Assembly: GCF_009914755.1 (NCBI RefSeq) | Contig: NC_060926.1 | Origin: the human T2T-CHM13v2.0 reference genome, Homo sapiens | Reading direction: 5' to 3' (one strand) | Length of the DNA stretch: 64,000 nt | Shown: positions 52,720 to 64,000 of the stretch, in pieces | Position numbering within the stretch: the first letter of the stretch is position 1 | How the letters are laid out: every line of letters begins with the position of its first letter | The notes under the pieces: model-generated | What the model was told of the DNA's origin: nothing | Database searches by the model: none | The model's input: the letters and a program-made list of their open reading frames with translations, nothing else | Program-made: the position numbers and the translations under genes

Positions 52720-54120
52720 AAACTTCTGTTCTGGAAAAGATGGAGTACGTGTTACCTGACTAGCTTTTCTGTTATAAACAACTGTAAAATTGTACAAAAT
52801 ATACAAAACATCTGTTTTCAGATATGGGACATTAGGAGGATCATGACCATAAATGCTGAAATCAAGTAAATGCACAAAATCAACCTTGCTATGACTTTCT
52901 ATTCACAACACTTTTGAGACCAAATGGCAAGGAGATGGAGCCCAAGCAAAGCAAAAAGATCTTTGTGATCTAAGCAGACAGGGAGAACCAGCGTTTGAGG
53001 CTTTTTTTGGTGACTAGCATTTATAGGACAGGGACCAGAGAAGTTGGAGCTTTATAGAAAAGGACTCCAGCAATCTATGGAGAGGACCCCTTAAGTATTA
53101 GGCTCAATGCTTAGCTGTGCATACCTATATGTTTCCACACTGTCTTAAAGAAAACAACTACTAAAAATTTTTGAAGCAAATGAAGAATCTGCAAGTTGCA
53201 AAGTACTTAGAGACGTTAGAGTTCTGAACAACAATAGTGAAGAGATCTCCCTGAAAACCCTGGGTATTCAACTGAGAACCCAGAAAGAAAGCACATTAGA
53301 AGTAGGGCTAGTCTAGACACCTTCTAATCACCTTTCAATTACACTGTAAGGTATCAAGTTCATCTGTCTGTAAATTAACTGTCTACTAGGACAAAGTGTA
53401 CATTTTTAAAGGGGAAATTACAATTGATAAAGACTATCAACAATGTAGCATTTATAATGTCAATCATATGATCAATACTATATATGTAGAAAAGTGGAAA
53501 ATATAACCTACTCACCTTCCTCAAAAATATCCAGTAAAAGCTGACCTACAAAGGATAGTAATATTGGAATTAGCAGACACATGTTTTACAAGTTATTAGA
53601 AATGATAAATGTTGGAAGTGATGGATATCTTAAATACACTGATTTGATTATTGCACCTTGTATACAGGTATCAAAATATCACATGTACTCCAAAATATGT
53701 ATGATTATTATGTATCAATAAAAAATTAAAAATCAAGGTAAAAGTTAAGTACAGTGAAGTGAAGAAATCTCACATGTGCAGTTAAATGAGTTTTGGCAAA
53801 TGCATATATCCCGTAATTCACACCTCATCATGATATAAAACATCCCTATTATCCCAGAAAGTTTCTTTGTCCTCTTTTTCAATCAGTCTCAGTTCCCAGA
53901 GGCAACTACTATTCTGAGGTCTATTATAAATTAGTTTCGCATGTTTTTAAACTGCATATAAATGCATTTATACAATAACAAAGTTATTAGAAATAAATCT
54001 AACAACTTAGAATAGCTCCAATAAATAAACAGGTGGAAATTTTAGTGGAGAAATAAACTTTAAAATGAAACTAAAATTTCAGGAACTGAAAAATACAATG
54101 TTTGAAATGAAAACATTGAA
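52720..54120 (+). mobile_element. Old L1M 5' UTR/ORF1 relic (host of a nested insertion)
   Basis: GAATTAGCAGACA..TTATTAGAAAT[insertion]..AACAGGTGGAAATTTTAGTGGAGAAAT..GAACTGAAAAATACAATGTTTGAAATGAAAA matches the L1 ORF1 N-terminal region. Confidence 0.7.
53601..53730 (+). mobile_element. L1MA-type 3'-terminal fragment
   Basis: AATGATAAATGTT..GTGATGGATATC..TGATTTGATTATT..GTATCAAAATATCACATGTACTCCAAAATATGTA..TTATGTATCAATAAAAA. Confidence 0.85.
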
Positions 54121-54124
54121 TAGA

Positions 54125-55273
54125 CAATTCAGAAATAAATACATGTGTTTATAGTGAACTGATTTTCAACAAATGCATCAGAACAGATATTAGGGAAAGG
54201 ACAGCCTCTTTAGTAAATATTGCTGGAAAACTGGATGTCAATGTGCAGAAAAATGAAACTAGATGTGTATCTCTCACCATATACAAAATTCAACTCAAAA
54301 TGAATTAAAAACTGAACCGTAATTTCCAAAGCTATAAAACTACTAGAAGAAAACAGAGAAAATGCTTAAGGACATTGGTCTAGGCAAAGATTTTATGGCT
54401 AAGACTTCAAAAGCACAGACAACAAAAAGAAATGTAAATTGGTACTGCTATTATGGAAAACAGTATGGAGGTTTCTCAAAAAACTAAAACTATAATTAAC
54501 ATATGTTACTAGCAATTCTACTACTGGGCATTTATCCGAAACAAAGGAAATTAGTATATGAAATACACACCTGCATCTGATGTTTACTGCAGCTGTGCTC
54601 ATAATAGTAGGGATGTAGAATCAACCTAAATGTTCATCAATAAATGAATGGATTTTTAAAAAAGCATACATATATACTTTTTAAAAAGTATATATGTATG
54701 CTTTTTTAAAAAGTGTGTGTGTGTGTATATATATATACATAAAACATTCCATTGTACATATACAATGGAATACTATTCAGCCATAAAAAAGAATGAAATT
54801 CTGTCATTCATGGCAACATGGATAAGTCTGGAGGACGTTATGTTAACTGAGATAAGCGAGTCAACACAAAGATAAATATCACATGCTCTTACGTCTATCT
54901 GGGAGCTAAAAGAAATTGCACTTATAGAAGTAGAGAGTAGCATTGTGCTTATAAGAGTCTGAAAAGCTTGGGAGGAAAGGATAGAGAGAAGTTAGTTAAC
55001 AGATACATTACAGCTAGATAAGAGGATTAAGTTCTAGTGTTCTGAAGCACTGAAGGTTGAATGTGGTTAATAATGATTTAGTGTTTATTTTCAAATAGCT
55101 AGAAAAGAGAATGTTGAATGTTTAAAGCACATAAAAAATGATAAATGTTTGAGGTAGTGGATATATTAATTATCCTGACTTTGTCATTACACATTTTTTA
55201 CATGTATCAAAATAGCACTCTGTATTTATAAATATATACAATAATTACATGTCAACTAAAAATAAAAGGAAAA
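54125..55273 (+). mobile_element. L1MA (about L1MA4-5) ORF2 end plus 3' UTR, internally deleted
   Basis: GGGAAAGGACAGCCTCTT..GACATTGGTCTAGGCAAAGATTTTATGGCTAAGAC jumps to AATGTAAATTGGTAC..; ends GTCAACTAAAAATAAAAGGAAAA. Confidence 0.88.
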
Positions 55274-55488
55274 TACATCACCAAAGTGAATGTATGAAGA
55301 GGAAGAATATTTGAATAATTTTACATCAATTAAAGATAAAAATAAAGAATGAATTAAAGATAAATTTATTTAGTAAATTACATAAATTTAATTCATAATT
55401 AGAAACCTTGCCACAAGGAGAACTCTAGAAGCGGGTGGATTGCATGATGGATTCTATCAATTATTAAGGAATAAATCCTGTAATTCCT

Positions 55489-55893
55489 TGTCTTGGTTTG
55501 TTTTGTGCTGCCATAACAACCTACCACAGGCTGGGTAGTTTATAATGAACAGAAACTTATTGACTCACAGTTTTGGAGGCTGGGAAATTCAAGATCGAGA
55601 GGTTGGCATCTGGTCAGGGACTTCTTGCTGCATCATCCCATGACAGAAGGGCAAAGAGAGGGTGAGAGAGAGAGAAACAAAAGGAGGCTGAACTCGTCCT
55701 TTTATAAGGAGCCCACTCCTGTGATAACAAACCTACTCCCATAATAAAGACATTAATCCATTAATGATGGCAGAACCCTCATGGCCTAAATACTCCGTAA
55801 GATTTTACCTCTTAATACTGTTGCAATCACACAATCACAATTAAATTTTAACATGATTCCGGAGTGGGGAGCAAATATTCAAACACTGTATCA
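55489..55893 (-). mobile_element. MSTD-like (MaLR) solo LTR
   Basis: TGTCTTGGTTTGTTTTGTGCTGCCATAAC..CTCACAGTTTTGGAGGCTGGGAAATTCAAGATC..; 5-bp TSD TTCCT/TTCTT. Confidence 0.85.
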
Positions 55894-56056
55894 TTCTTTC
55901 TAAGGAGTACATGATAACATCCCTGTACTCCTTAGAAAGTGAAGAAGAAAGAGAACATTTCAACTAATATTATAAGAGTAGAATAATACTGATACCACAA
56001 CTAGACAAGAAAAATACAAGAGACAACATTTTAGACTGATCTCTCTCATTAACACG

Positions 56057-56428
56057 TGTAATAGTCCGTTTTCATGCTGCTGATAAAGACATACCGAGAC
56101 TGGGCAATTTCCAAAAAAAAATAATAATAATAAGGTTTATTAGACTTACAGTTCTGCATGTCTGGGGAGGCCTCACAATCATGGCAGAAGGCAGAGAGGA
56201 AGAAGTCACATCTTATGTGGGTGGCAGGAGGCAAAGAGCTTGTGCAGGGAAACTCCCACTGTAAATCCATCAAATCTCATGAGACTCATTCACTATCATG
56301 AGAACAGCAAAGGAAAGATTCGCCCCCGTAATTCAATCACCTTCCACCGGGCTTCTCCCACAGCCATGGGAATTGTGAGAGTTACAATTCAAGATGTGAT
56401 TTGGGTGGGACACAGCCAAATCATATCA
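56057..56428 (-). mobile_element. THE1 (THE1B-like) solo LTR
   Basis: TGTAATAGTCCGTTTTCATGCTGCTGATAAAGACATACC..GATTTGGGTGGGACACAGCCAAATCATATCA. Confidence 0.92.
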
Positions 56429-58064
56429 GCACAAATATGAGAAAGTCCTTAAACATATCAATACTCAACTCCAGCAATATAAATAGAGGATAGTGCATTG
56501 AGATCAAATGAGGTTAATCCCAGGAACTTAAGATTGGTTTAATATTGAAAACCAATCAATATAATTTATTATATTAAGAAAAAAAGAAGAATTAAATATC
56601 TTGGTAGATGAAGAAAAAGCAATTGACAATATTCAAAACCAATTCACGATAACTTTCAATATAAATGAATAACAAGAAACATCCCCAATCTATTAAAAGA
56701 TACTCATAAAGTACCCCCTTACTGAATGTGCAAACACTCACCTTATTCATGTTAAGATTAGCAGTGAGATAAGGGTATCCATTCTCAGTACTATCAAGCA
56801 AACTTTACCAGAGGCCCCACTCAGAGTAATTTAGCAAGGAATCAGTATAGTGTTAGGAAAGGAAGAAGTAAATCTGTATTTATAGATAACATAACTGTAT
56901 ACATTAACAAAAAAGCCTACAAAAAACCCTAGAATACAAAATCACAATTTGTAAGGATGCAAATGGGGTAAAATATAAACAAGTGGCAAGTAAGTCCAGA
57001 GGGCATTCAGGTTTCTCAAACCAGTCTTCTAACTTTTGTCTATAAGTTTGTACTTGTTTCAAAATAAAGAATGAAGAAACAACAAAACATAATTTCTAAA
57101 TGTTAGTGATATTAAGAAAAAAAATCAGTTAAAATACCACTAAAACCCTTAAAACTTTAAATACACAATTATAAACTTAACAAATATTGTGAAATACCCC
57201 AATACTGAATACTACAACATTGCTAAAAGGCATTTGAAAGACCTAAATAAATGGAAGCTATTCCATGTTTTTAAATAGAAAAAATTAATATTGTTAAGAT
57301 ATTAATTCTACCCAAATTTAACCATAATTTTAATATAATACCAATTAAAGTCCCTTCTGATTTTTTTTGTAGAAACAGACAAGCTGTTTTTAAAATTAAT
57401 ATGGAAACAAAAAATACCTGAACAAGTCAAAGTAATCCTGTAAAAGAATAAAATTGAAGGAGTTAGCCCTACCTGATTTCAAGAATAAATAAAAAGCTAC
57501 AAAAACCTGGAGATGCTAGTGGAGGCATAAGGACCACAAATAGGTCAACTAAATTGAATGGTTTGCAGAGAACAGACCCACATTTATATGATTGATTGAT
57601 TTTCTACACAGGTGCTAAAGCAGTTCAATGGAGAAAAATGGTGCTGAAAAAATTGGCATCCCGATTGGATAAAAAAAATTGATGTTTGACAACTCATATC
57701 ATATTCTAAAATCAATTTGGGATAAATCATAGCCCTAAATTTAAGAGCTAATACTGTCAGTGTTCTAGGGGAAAATATGAAATAAAACCTTACTATACTG
57801 AATAAGCCAAAAAATCATTAATTATGAAACAATAAATTGGACATCAATAAAATTAGAAACTTCTCATCAAAGACACCATTAGGGAAAAGGATATGCAAAC
57901 TACAGTCTGGAAGAAAATATTTTGCCAAATGGGTATCAGACAAAAACACATATAAAGAAATTCTATAACTCAATAATAAAAACACAACCTCATAAAAACA
58001 TCAAAACATGTGAACAGTTACTTATAAGGAAAAGAATGAACATATGAAAAAGTACTCAACATTT

Positions 58065-58200
58065 GGTCAGGTATGGTGGCTCATCCTTGTAATTTTAGTT
58101 ATTTGGGAGGCTGACATGAGAGGATCTTTTGAGCCAAGAGTTCAAGACCAGCCTGGACAACAAAATGAGATCCCATTTCTATATAAAAAAAAAAAAATAA
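58065..58200 (+). mobile_element. FLAM/Alu left monomer
   Basis: Single monomer plus A tail; TSD AAAAGTACTCAAC / AAAAGCACTCAAC. Confidence 0.88.
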
Positions 58201-58518
58201 AAGCACTCAACTTCATTAGACATTAGCAAAATATAGATTAAAATTATAATGGTATATTATACATAATTAGAATGACTACACTAAAATAACAAAAAACTGA
58301 CAACATTAACTGTTAAAGAGGACGTGAAAAACAAAAATTCTCGTTCTTTGCAAGTGGGAATGTAAAATGATATGATTACATTAAAATAATATTTTAGTTC
58401 CAAATGAAGTTAAACATATGTAAACACAATTTTTTTGTTTATATATAAATAAGAAGACATATATACACACACACATATATATACACATATACATACATAT
58501 ATAAAAACATACATTATA

Positions 58519-58833
58519 GGCTGGGCACGGTGGCTCATGCCTGTAATCCCAACACTTTGGGAGGCGGAGGCGGGCAGATCACCTGAGGTCAGGAGTTCGA
58601 GACCAGCCTGACTAACATGGAGAAACCCCGTCCCTACTAAAAATACAAAATTAACCGGGCATGTTGGCGCATGCCTGTAATCCCAGCTACTCCAGAGGCT
58701 GAGGCAGAGAATTGCTTGAACCTGGGAAGTGGAGGTTGCTGTGAGCCAAGATCATTCCATTTCACTCCAGTCTGGGCAACAAGAGTGAAACTCCGTCACA
58801 AAAAAAAAATACAAAAAACAAACAAAAAAAAAC
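58519..58833 (+). mobile_element. AluSp-like
   Basis: CCTGACTAACATGGAGAAACCCCG, GGCAACAAGAGTGAAACTCCG; TSD ..CATACATTATA on both sides. Confidence 0.94.
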
Positions 58834-59507
58834 CCATACATTATAATTCCATTACAAAGTATTTGCACAAGAAATGAAAACATGTGTTCACCAAAGGATT
58901 TGTAAGAAATAGTCTGTAGAGAAGCTTTATTTACAATAGCTAAAAAGTAGAGACTGTTTAATTGTCCACTAACAGGAAATAGACTTTAAAGTAAGACTTA
59001 TCTACACAATGGAATTCTACTTGGCCATAGAAACAAAATACTGATACGCTCAACAATATGAGCGAATCTCAAAAACAAGTGGTGTGGAAGAAACCTCACA
59101 CTACAGAGTACATAATAGGTATGTAATGCATGATTTCAATTATCTGATTTTCTAACACAGGCATATGCTGTCTATGGGGAAAAAGATCAGAAGTGATTGC
59201 CTTTTGAGAACCTCTGGGGAGGAGCATGAGTTAATGTTTTGGGGAAAAATAAAGATCCTATAACTTGATGGGATAAACTTGTCAAACTCATCACATTATA
59301 CACTTAAAATCTGTGCATTTCACTATATGTGAAAAATTTAAAACATATTATTTAAATGGTCTGTGAAGGAGAGCCCTCAAGAGGCAGACATTTCTCTTTG
59401 AGTAGAATGATGAGCATAGTCGTGGAAATGAGATAGTTAAATCAACCACTTGATGCTCTTCTCATTAAGCTTGTATTACTAGAAAATTCATCTCTTTCTT
59501 TTGGCTA

Positions 59508-60063
<556 letters not shown>

Positions 60064-61359
60064 TTAGCCTACATATATTGTAGTTAGAGAAAGCCCTTCT
60101 AGACAAAGATACTGTAAATATTTCATTGCATACAGATAACTGCAAAGATAAATTAAAATGCTTTAATAGAAAATATATCCAGTAATCCTATCATACTATT
60201 GATCTGACACCTTATTGATATTGTATTTTATTCTACGTATGGAGATAAAAAGACTTTGCATTCTGTTAATTGAAATAATGAGACAAACAATAACAAATGA
60301 AGTTTTGAGCTCTCAGGGGTTCTACCAAAACTTGGTGGTACTAACAAGCAGTGGCATTGGTATCTATTTTATTTCTGTGCTTTACAGATATCAAGAATGG
60401 TTAATGCTAGGGTGTAAATGGAGAATAAAGAAATGATTCAGTTAGATTTTTTTTGATATCTTCACGTAATGAAGATCTATTGAAAAAAAAAGTGCCCTGA
60501 AAAGAGAAAGTGACCAATTATAATGTAATCATAATATGGATTTAGAAAAAGAAATTAGTATTTAAAAACATATAAATAATTTATTATTAACAATTTGAGA
60601 TGGGTACCTCTGCATATAGGAAAGCCCCTAATATGTTGTTACTTATCTTTCTTAATTTGAATACGTTTATTATAGAATCATTTCTTTCAGAAAACTGCAA
60701 GATATTTCATGTCATTACATGTAAACGGTATTATTAAAGCTTGTTTTTTCTACACATATTTAACGAGGTTAAATTAGTCTAATTTTGCTTTTTGCAATAT
60801 GATTTTGGCTCTGATCTACTGCAAGACTGTTTTGAAGGGACACATAATTTTGTCATTTCAAATGTTTGATATTTTTTCTCAAAGACTGAGTTACTACTGA
60901 TAAGAAAAAAAGAAGGCCATGATTATGAGTGAATTGAATATTGAAAGAATGTCCACTTTTTAGTTTTATTCCTGGCTGTTTGCCCAGTTGCTTTGAAGGA
61001 CTTAATAATTTTGTCTCCCAATGATGCCTAGAGGTGAAAAGAGACAGTGTCTGGTGGTTCAAAACAGTTGAATGAGGTAATCAAACAGAGCTGGAAAATG
61101 ATCTTCTCTCCCTGGTGAGGTACTGCTGGGAATTCTGAAAGAATTCACCAAAGAAAAGACTTTATAATTAAATTATCGTTAGTCCCTATTCTCTACTTAC
61201 TCATTCAGATTAAATCAATAATGACAATGAAATCTCTCATGGTGTTTCACCAGTTGAAGAGAGGGAAAAAAAACTGATAACCGTGTTTTAAAAAAGTTAA
61301 ATTTATATATGCTCATTTTGGTCTTTAGATGCTTCATGGAGTTAATTGTTTTGTTTCAG

Positions 61360-61398
61360 AAATATGAGATGACATCAGATACGTGGCTCTCTCAGCAG
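61360..61398 (+). CDS. DPP10: DPP10 coding micro-exon (probably exon 12), 39 nt: KYEMTSDTWLSQQ
   Basis: Acceptor TTGTTTTGTTTCAG|AAA, donor CAG|GTACAG; phase 0 on both sides; continues ACSK|KYEMTSDTWL of recalled DPP10. Confidence 0.93.
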
Positions 61399-62079
61399 GT
61401 ACAGTATAGGTGGTCTGTCACATCTTGGCCATTGTGACCATCCTGTTCACCCATTTTTTATGTGATAACTTTCTGTAAAAAGTATGAGTTTAAGGCTTTG
61501 CTAGGTTTGACAGAGTGATCCTTTTTCATTAAAAGGATCACTTATGACTTGGGCTTTCTATGGTATCATTTGTGAAAAGGTTACTTCCATTTTTTTAGGA
61601 GACATAAATTGCAGAGTAGCTGCCAGGATCACTTTTTAAAATATTCTGTGTAAGTACACTCTTGTGTAGATGAAGGAGAAAAACTCAGGACCTAACCAAA
61701 CTAGAAATCATTAGCATTGTTCAAATTGTCTGAAAAATTGACCTGACCTTTACATAAATTGATCATGGAGATATTCAAATAAATACTTCTCTTCTTAGTT
61801 GTATTCTAGCTCACAATTCTAGTTTGTGACATAAATGAGGCTGGAATCAAGATGAACATGACGGACTAAAAACCTAATCACTGTTACATGGTCTCATCCT
61901 GGACAATTCAGAAGGAAACAACACAAATAGCTTATTTAAATATAGCTGAATTCATTTTACTCTTAACTACATTAGTGAGTTTTGCAAAGGGAAATAAGAT
62001 GTGTGGTATGGTTTGGTTTGGTTTTCTTTTTGTTCTTTAAAGCCCTCTTTTATTTTATATTACGTCTATGGCGTTAATG

Positions 62080-63050
62080 ACCACCCATATTTTGAGACCT
62101 TCACATTTATCCAGACACTTCAGTGAGTTCTGAAATATCCAAATTTATGCTTGCCATCTCCTCCTAAATCTGTAAAAGTAGCTTCATACTCCCCAGGTCT
62201 AAGCTGAACTCATTCCTTTTCTAGTCAGTCTTCTTAATTTTTATCTTAGGACTCAATGACATAATTATCCATTCAGATGTTAAAACTATTTACCTAATAG
62301 TCATCCTTGAATCTTTTCTCATTTTTATCTATCTATATATAATTAATATGTACAGATTTTACTTTCAAACATCTCTCAAGTCAATTTACTTTTCTCTAAT
62401 TCACAAACACTGTCCATGTTCGAACTACAGATCCAGCAAGTCTCAACCCCTCAGGCACCTGCCAATCTGTTCACACTGCAGGCTAACTGAGTGACCTTTT
62501 TAAAATATGCATTTAATTGTTGCTACTAACATTCCCCTCATACTTGCACTTCCACAACTCAAAGAACTTTTCTCTCTTCTTTCTGTCCTTCAGATAAAGA
62601 CCAACATCCTTAAAAGGTCCACAAGGGATTAATTGAAAGCTTTTTCAGCTCTGAGTCATAGAATCATTTGATCTGTTTTCTCCAGTCTAGCTACATGGAC
62701 CCTCATATGCACAGGGACTTCATAAGTGCCCTTCCTTCTGAACAAAATTCCCTCAAACTTTCTTATATGAAGCCTATTTATTTTTCAAACCTTGGCTTAA
62801 ATCACCTATGTAAGAAGTCACTTCCTCTAACTAGCCTAACCAAATCACATCTCCCAATAAAAGTTATATTAAAGTCAAGTGTAATCTTTGTGTAACACAC
62901 AATTATTGCTATGATTTTTTTTTTTGCTAAGATACAAGGACATGAGGATGTTTTTTACTTCTAATTGTAAACCAAACGCCTAGTATAGAATTCAATATGT
63001 AAGAATTCAATATGTAAGAAGAGCTTAATAGATACTTACTGAGTGATTAA
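62080..63050 (+). mobile_element. L2 relic
   Basis: Pyrimidine-rich L2 motifs (AGTCATCCTTGA..TCTTTTCTC, CAGGGACTT..GCCCTTCCTTCTG) and a decayed L2 3' end near 63030. Confidence 0.65.
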
Positions 63051-64000
63051 GAAGAAAAGTAAAAAGGATTATAAATAATTGTTTGTCTGAAGGGTAGGTA
63101 GATGGATAGACACAGATAAATGTTTGTATATATATTACGAGTATATGTGTCTTTGCACATGGTTATCTATTAATATAAATACTTTTATCTTGGTCAATGT
63201 ACAAAATAAAATAGAAAAAAAACCCTGATTTTACAGCTAATAATAGACTCACAAATTTCGGTTAGATACAGAAAATAAGAACAATGGACAATATATAACA
63301 CATAATACTTATGCATTCTGAATTTCCCTCCATTATTAAACATCTTTTGCTATTACTTTGATTGCCAGTGACATTCATAATAGTTTAACATATGTCAACA
63401 TAATGCATGTTCTTTTGAGATTATGCTATCTAATTTTTAAATCCCAAATTTATGAATGTTTAATAGAAACTTTTTTAAAAAACAAAGCATCCAGTTATTA
63501 ATTATTCAGTTAGTAAATGCCATTGGTCGTTTATCACAGTTGATTTTTTTCTTCAGATGCTCTAAGGGAATTTTATGAAATACTTAGAGTTATATGAAAT
63601 TTAATGTATGAGCATGGTAGCAGTAATAAGAAGCAGCAAATTTCTAAGATAATTATAAATTTAATAGAATCATCATATACTGTCTTTTTGCATAGCAGAA
63701 AAGGCAAAGAGAAGTAGGCATGTTTAGCCTAGCTTTCAAAGGACTTGCAATTGAGATGACCAGTGTGTAATATATTTGGTCAAGGGAATAGAGTCCAATA
63801 TCCCCAGTTTACCATCTTGTGTGTCAAAAACACTGACTTGTATAATGTCATGAAACTGAGCAGTGAGATTGGCACCATCTGTGTGGAGCTGAATGTTTAT
63901 CACCAGACATTGTCAAGTGTTGGGGGCAGATTTTTTAGTCCAGCAAGGCATATGAGATTGTAGCCCCCATCTATTCCTTTTCTGAACTACTTCTAAGGTA

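Larger units (their letters stand above)
56430..59340 (+). mobile_element. Old L1M ORF2 plus 3' UTR relic (interrupted by Alus)
   Basis: RT-region motifs (ATCCCAGGAA..GATTGGTTTAATATTG..AATCAAT; AGACCTAAATAAATGGAAG..TAATATTGTTAAGAT) through an L1MC/ME-type 3' end. Confidence 0.8.

Overview
AT-rich, CpG-depleted primate (almost certainly human) genomic DNA from inside the very large DPP10 gene (inactive dipeptidyl-peptidase-like Kv4 channel accessory subunit), transcribed on the + strand. Five coding exons are recognisable by translation and canonical AG/GT boundaries: 26615-26735, 38516-38670, 44863-44960, 51955-52078 and 61360-61398. They splice into one open frame of 537 nt / 179 codons in the beta-propeller region, probably exons 8-12. 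The rest is intron packed with decayed repeats: L1, L2, MIR, about a dozen Alus, MaLR/ERVL LTRs, an ERVL internal relic, hAT and Tc1-mariner elements, and microsatellites. Nearly all ORFs in the supplied track are spurious or repeat-derived. I do not see evidence for a new gene system. The observations most worth checking are: a tailless 5S rRNA retropseudogene with TSD; two candidate L1 3' transductions; several template-switch/foldback scars, including a 114-bp inverted duplication and a perfect 60-bp palindrome; a ~430-bp segment lacking CpG depletion; and candidate splicing/enhancer motifs near exons. Repeat subfamily calls and exon numbers come from recalled consensus/reference sequences, not from a search.
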